Shown here: positions 61,705 through 64,000 of the stretch, piece by piece
Position numbering within the stretch: position 1 is the stretch's first letter
How the letters are laid out: every line of letters starts with the position of its first letter
Assembly (NCBI GenBank): GCA_963737265.1
Contig: CAVTRY010000021.1
Location: 128,001-192,000 of the forward strand
Source of the DNA: an uncultured delta proteobacterium
GTDB lineage: Bacteria > Myxococcota_A > Polyangia > Fen-1088
Direction: 5' to 3'
Length of the DNA: 64,000 nucleotides
Translations under genes and position numbers: made by a program
The notes under the pieces: generated by a model
Databases searched by the model: none
What the model was told of the DNA's origin: nothing
Seen by the model: only the letters and a program-made list of their open reading frames with translations

Positions 61705-62483
61705 CCGCGGCATCCGCCGATTTTCCCCCAGCCACGCATGCCGCAATCGCATCGAGCTCGATCCTCGCCGGCAGTGGAAGTCCGCGGAGTTCCGTTGCGC
61801 TGACCTGCGTGTTGCCGCTCGAAATCCGAAAGTAGGCATCGATCAGATCCGAGCTAAGAAATGCGGCTAGTCCGATCGCCTCTGACGAGGTTATTTCTCC
61901 GCGCGGACGATGAATGAAGTTCACGTGATTTTCGAGGCCAAGGACATCACCTGGAAGACTTCCAGCGAGGTAAGGGCCCGCCACCAGGCGCCGGACGTCT
62001 TCCTTGGCTGAAAAACGACGAATGAGTATGTACGTGCGGTTCGCAACGAGGAGCTTAGGTCCCGCGCTCCGTTCGATGTGTTCGGGCTTGCGGAAGCCGC
62101 CATCAAGCGGCCAGGTCACGAGACCTGCGCGCACGTGCTGAAGCCAGAGTAGCGGCACTGTGCTGGCGGAAGACGTCTCACGCATGAACTCTTCGGCGCG
62201 AAACGGCACGACCGGTCCGGTCGACACGTCGAGCCTCATCGAAGCCAACGATCCAGTCCATCCTTCGACCAGGTCCATGACCCGAATGTCATGGTCGTTG
62301 GACGGCAAGAACACGGACGAATCGCGTGCCTCGGCAATTACTCGAGAGCGGGGCACAACCTGAATCGCTCGTTCGCCAAGGTCCGCCTCACCTTGTGACG
62401 ACGAAATCGTGACTGACTCGCTCGAACACCTGGGTCTTGGTGTAAATCACGATGATGTTCTCTTGGAGCACGCCGTCTTCACC
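61670..62483 (-). pseudogene. BsuBI/PstI-type (Eco57I-like) adenine methyltransferase, C-terminal half only
   Basis: VLQENII (frameshift near 62430), STGPVVPFR, RRFSAKE..RR, ENHVN, FR..SGNTQVSATELR.LP; motifs I/IV missing. Confidence 0.85.
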
Positions 62484-63708
62484 CCGCCATCTTCTGAATT
62501 CGCTCCACCGCTTCCTCCACGTTCTCGCGGAAACCGAACGCCGACAGCCTGAAATACCCTTCGCCGCAGCTACCGAAGCCGGAACCGGGCGTACCGACGA
62601 CGTTGGCTTCGCCGAGCAGGCGGTCGAAGAACTGCCACGATGTCAAGCCCTCGGGCACGCGCAGCCAGATGTAGGGGGCGTTCTGCCCGCCGAACGCGCG
62701 GTAGCCGGCCTTGGTGAGGCCGTCACGGATGATGCGCGCGTTTTCCATGTAGTAGGCGACGTTGGCGCCGACGGCGGCGGCGCCTTCGGGGCTGAAGGTG
62801 GCGGCGGCGGCGCGCTGGATGGGGTAGCTCACGCCGTTGAACTTGGTGGTGTGGCGGCGATTCCACAGGCCGTGCAGAGGCACGGGCAAGCCTTTGTCGT
62901 CGCGGGCAGTGAGATCCTTGGGAATCACGGTGAATGCGCAGCGGGTGCCAGTGAAGCCCGCGGTCTTGGAGAAGCTGCGGAACTCGATGGCCACGTCGCG
63001 CGCACCGGGGATCTCGAAGATGCTGTGAAGCAGACCGGGCTCGCGGATAAACGCCTCGTAGGCGGCGTCGAATAGGATGATGGCGCCTTCCCGCTTGGCG
63101 TAGGCGACCCACCGTTCGAGCGATGCCCGTGGCATCACGGCCCCGGTCGGATTGTTGGGCGAGCACAGGTAGATGAGATCCACGTGCCCGGCGGGCAAGG
63201 CCGGGTCGAAATTGTTTTCCGCGGTGGTGGGCAGGTAGACCAGCTTGGCGTAGCGTCCGCAGCCGTCCGCGCTGCCAGTGCGCCCGGCCATGACATTGGT
63301 ATCGACGTAAACCGGATAGACCGGGTCGGTCACCGCCACCACGTTGTCGATGGCGAAGATTTCTTGGATGTTGGCGGTGTCGCACTTCGAGCCGTCCGAC
63401 ACGAAGATTTCGTCGCCCTCGACGTTCGCGCCCTGGGCGCGAACGTGTCCGGCAATGGCATCGCGAAGAAAATCGTAACCCTGCTCGGGGCCGTAGCCGC
63501 GGAACGTTTCCCGGCGCGCCATCTCGTCTGCGCCGGCCTTGAGCGCGTCGACAATCGGCGCCGGCAGCGGCAGCGCCACGTCGCCGATTCCCAGGCGGAT
63601 GATGCGCGCGGATGGGTGCGCCACCGAGAAAGCCCGCACGCGCTTGCCGATTTCCGGGAATAAATAGCCGGCTTGAAGTTTCTGGTAGTGGGTGTTGATC
63701 GTCGCCAT
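62479..63708 (-). CDS. dapL: LL-diaminopimelate aminotransferase
   Basis: [55 protein letters not shown]. Confidence 0.96.
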   Translation of the reverse strand: MATINTHYQKLQAGYLFPEIGKRVRAFSVAHPSARIIRLGIGDVALPLPAPIVDALKAGADEMARRETFRGYGPEQGYDFLRDAIAGHVRAQGANVEGDEIFVSDGSKCDTANIQEIFAIDNVVAVTDPVYPVYVDTNVMAGRTGSADGCGRYAKLVYLPTTAENNFDPALPAGHVDLIYLCSPNNPTGAVMPRASLERWVAYAKREGAIILFDAAYEAFIREPGLLHSIFEIPGARDVAIEFRSFSKTAGFTGTRCAFTVIPKDLTARDDKGLPVPLHGLWNRRHTTKFNGVSYPIQRAAAATFSPEGAAAVGANVAYYMENARIIRDGLTKAGYRAFGGQNAPYIWLRVPEGLTSWQFFDRLLGEANVVGTPGSGFGSCGEGYFRLSAFGFRENVEEAVERIQKMAG

Positions 63709-63767
63709 GGGGAGCAACCATAGCGCTTTCCTTGCCAACGAGAAACAGTCAGACTGTCGAAGAAATC

Positions 63768-64000
63768 ATGGCAGCAAAATTCAAGCTCGTGCTTCCCCTG
63801 TTCCTTGTCGGCACCGTCGCTGGCAGCCCCATCGGCGCGGCCGGCGCGGATCCTGGTAAAAAACCCAAAGACGCAAAAGACCACCGCCTGGTCGTGCTCG
63901 GCGCGCTCAAGGATGAGCTTGTGCGCTCGAAGCAGAAGTTGCTCATGACCGGCGAAGACGGGCCGTACTTCATCCGCTACCTCGTGCGCGAGTACGACGA
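63768..64000 (+). CDS. Exported protein, probably TldD/PmbA-related, 3'-truncated
   Basis: Signal peptide then ALKDELVRSKQKL..PYFIRYLVRE; frame open to the window end. Confidence 0.55.
   Translation, partial: MAAKFKLVLPLFLVGTVAGSPIGAAGADPGKKPKDAKDHRLVVLGALKDELVRSKQKLLMTGEDGPYFIRYLVREYD

Overview
High-GC chromosomal window, most likely from a Myxococcota/Polyangia-like deltaproteobacterium. This is inferred from the F0-only atpZIBE block, spdEFG1-type EF-G, Gly/Thr-linker lipoproteins and AgmX/TonB-like domains. The housekeeping backbone comprises fusA, ychF, atpZIBE, trxB, prs-rplY-pth-rpsF-rpsR-rplI-dnaB, thrC and dapL. Five things stand out. (1) A ~14.5 kb redox operon, mvhD-metF*-gltB(degenerate)-gltB(FMN)-gltB(GATase+GXGXG)-hdrC-hdrB-hdrA(GltD insert)-mvhD-metV, couples a split glutamate synthase to an Hdr/Mvh electron-bifurcation module and to a MetF homologue that has lost its catalytic residues. 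(2) Three tandem 84-bp double-hairpin repeats are translated in frame inside the propeptide of the amidotransferase subunit. (3) A nested mobile structure sits at the 3' end of ychF: 19-bp att direct repeats enclose a Phd/RelE TA pair and a 580-bp transposase-less element (23-bp TIRs, 9-bp TSD) whose only cargo is a GxxExxY nuclease gene bracketed by a second inverted-repeat pair. (4) A Ni-less Ehr (hydrogenase-4-related) operon lies downstream of a divergent pair of HTH-PTS IIA genes. (5) A decayed BsuBI/PstI-type RM remnant is fused to the ends of neighbouring genes. Single-base frameshifts in ychF and hdrABC are probably assembly errors. No rRNA, tRNA or CRISPR array was seen. All assignments come from reading motifs by eye, without database searches.
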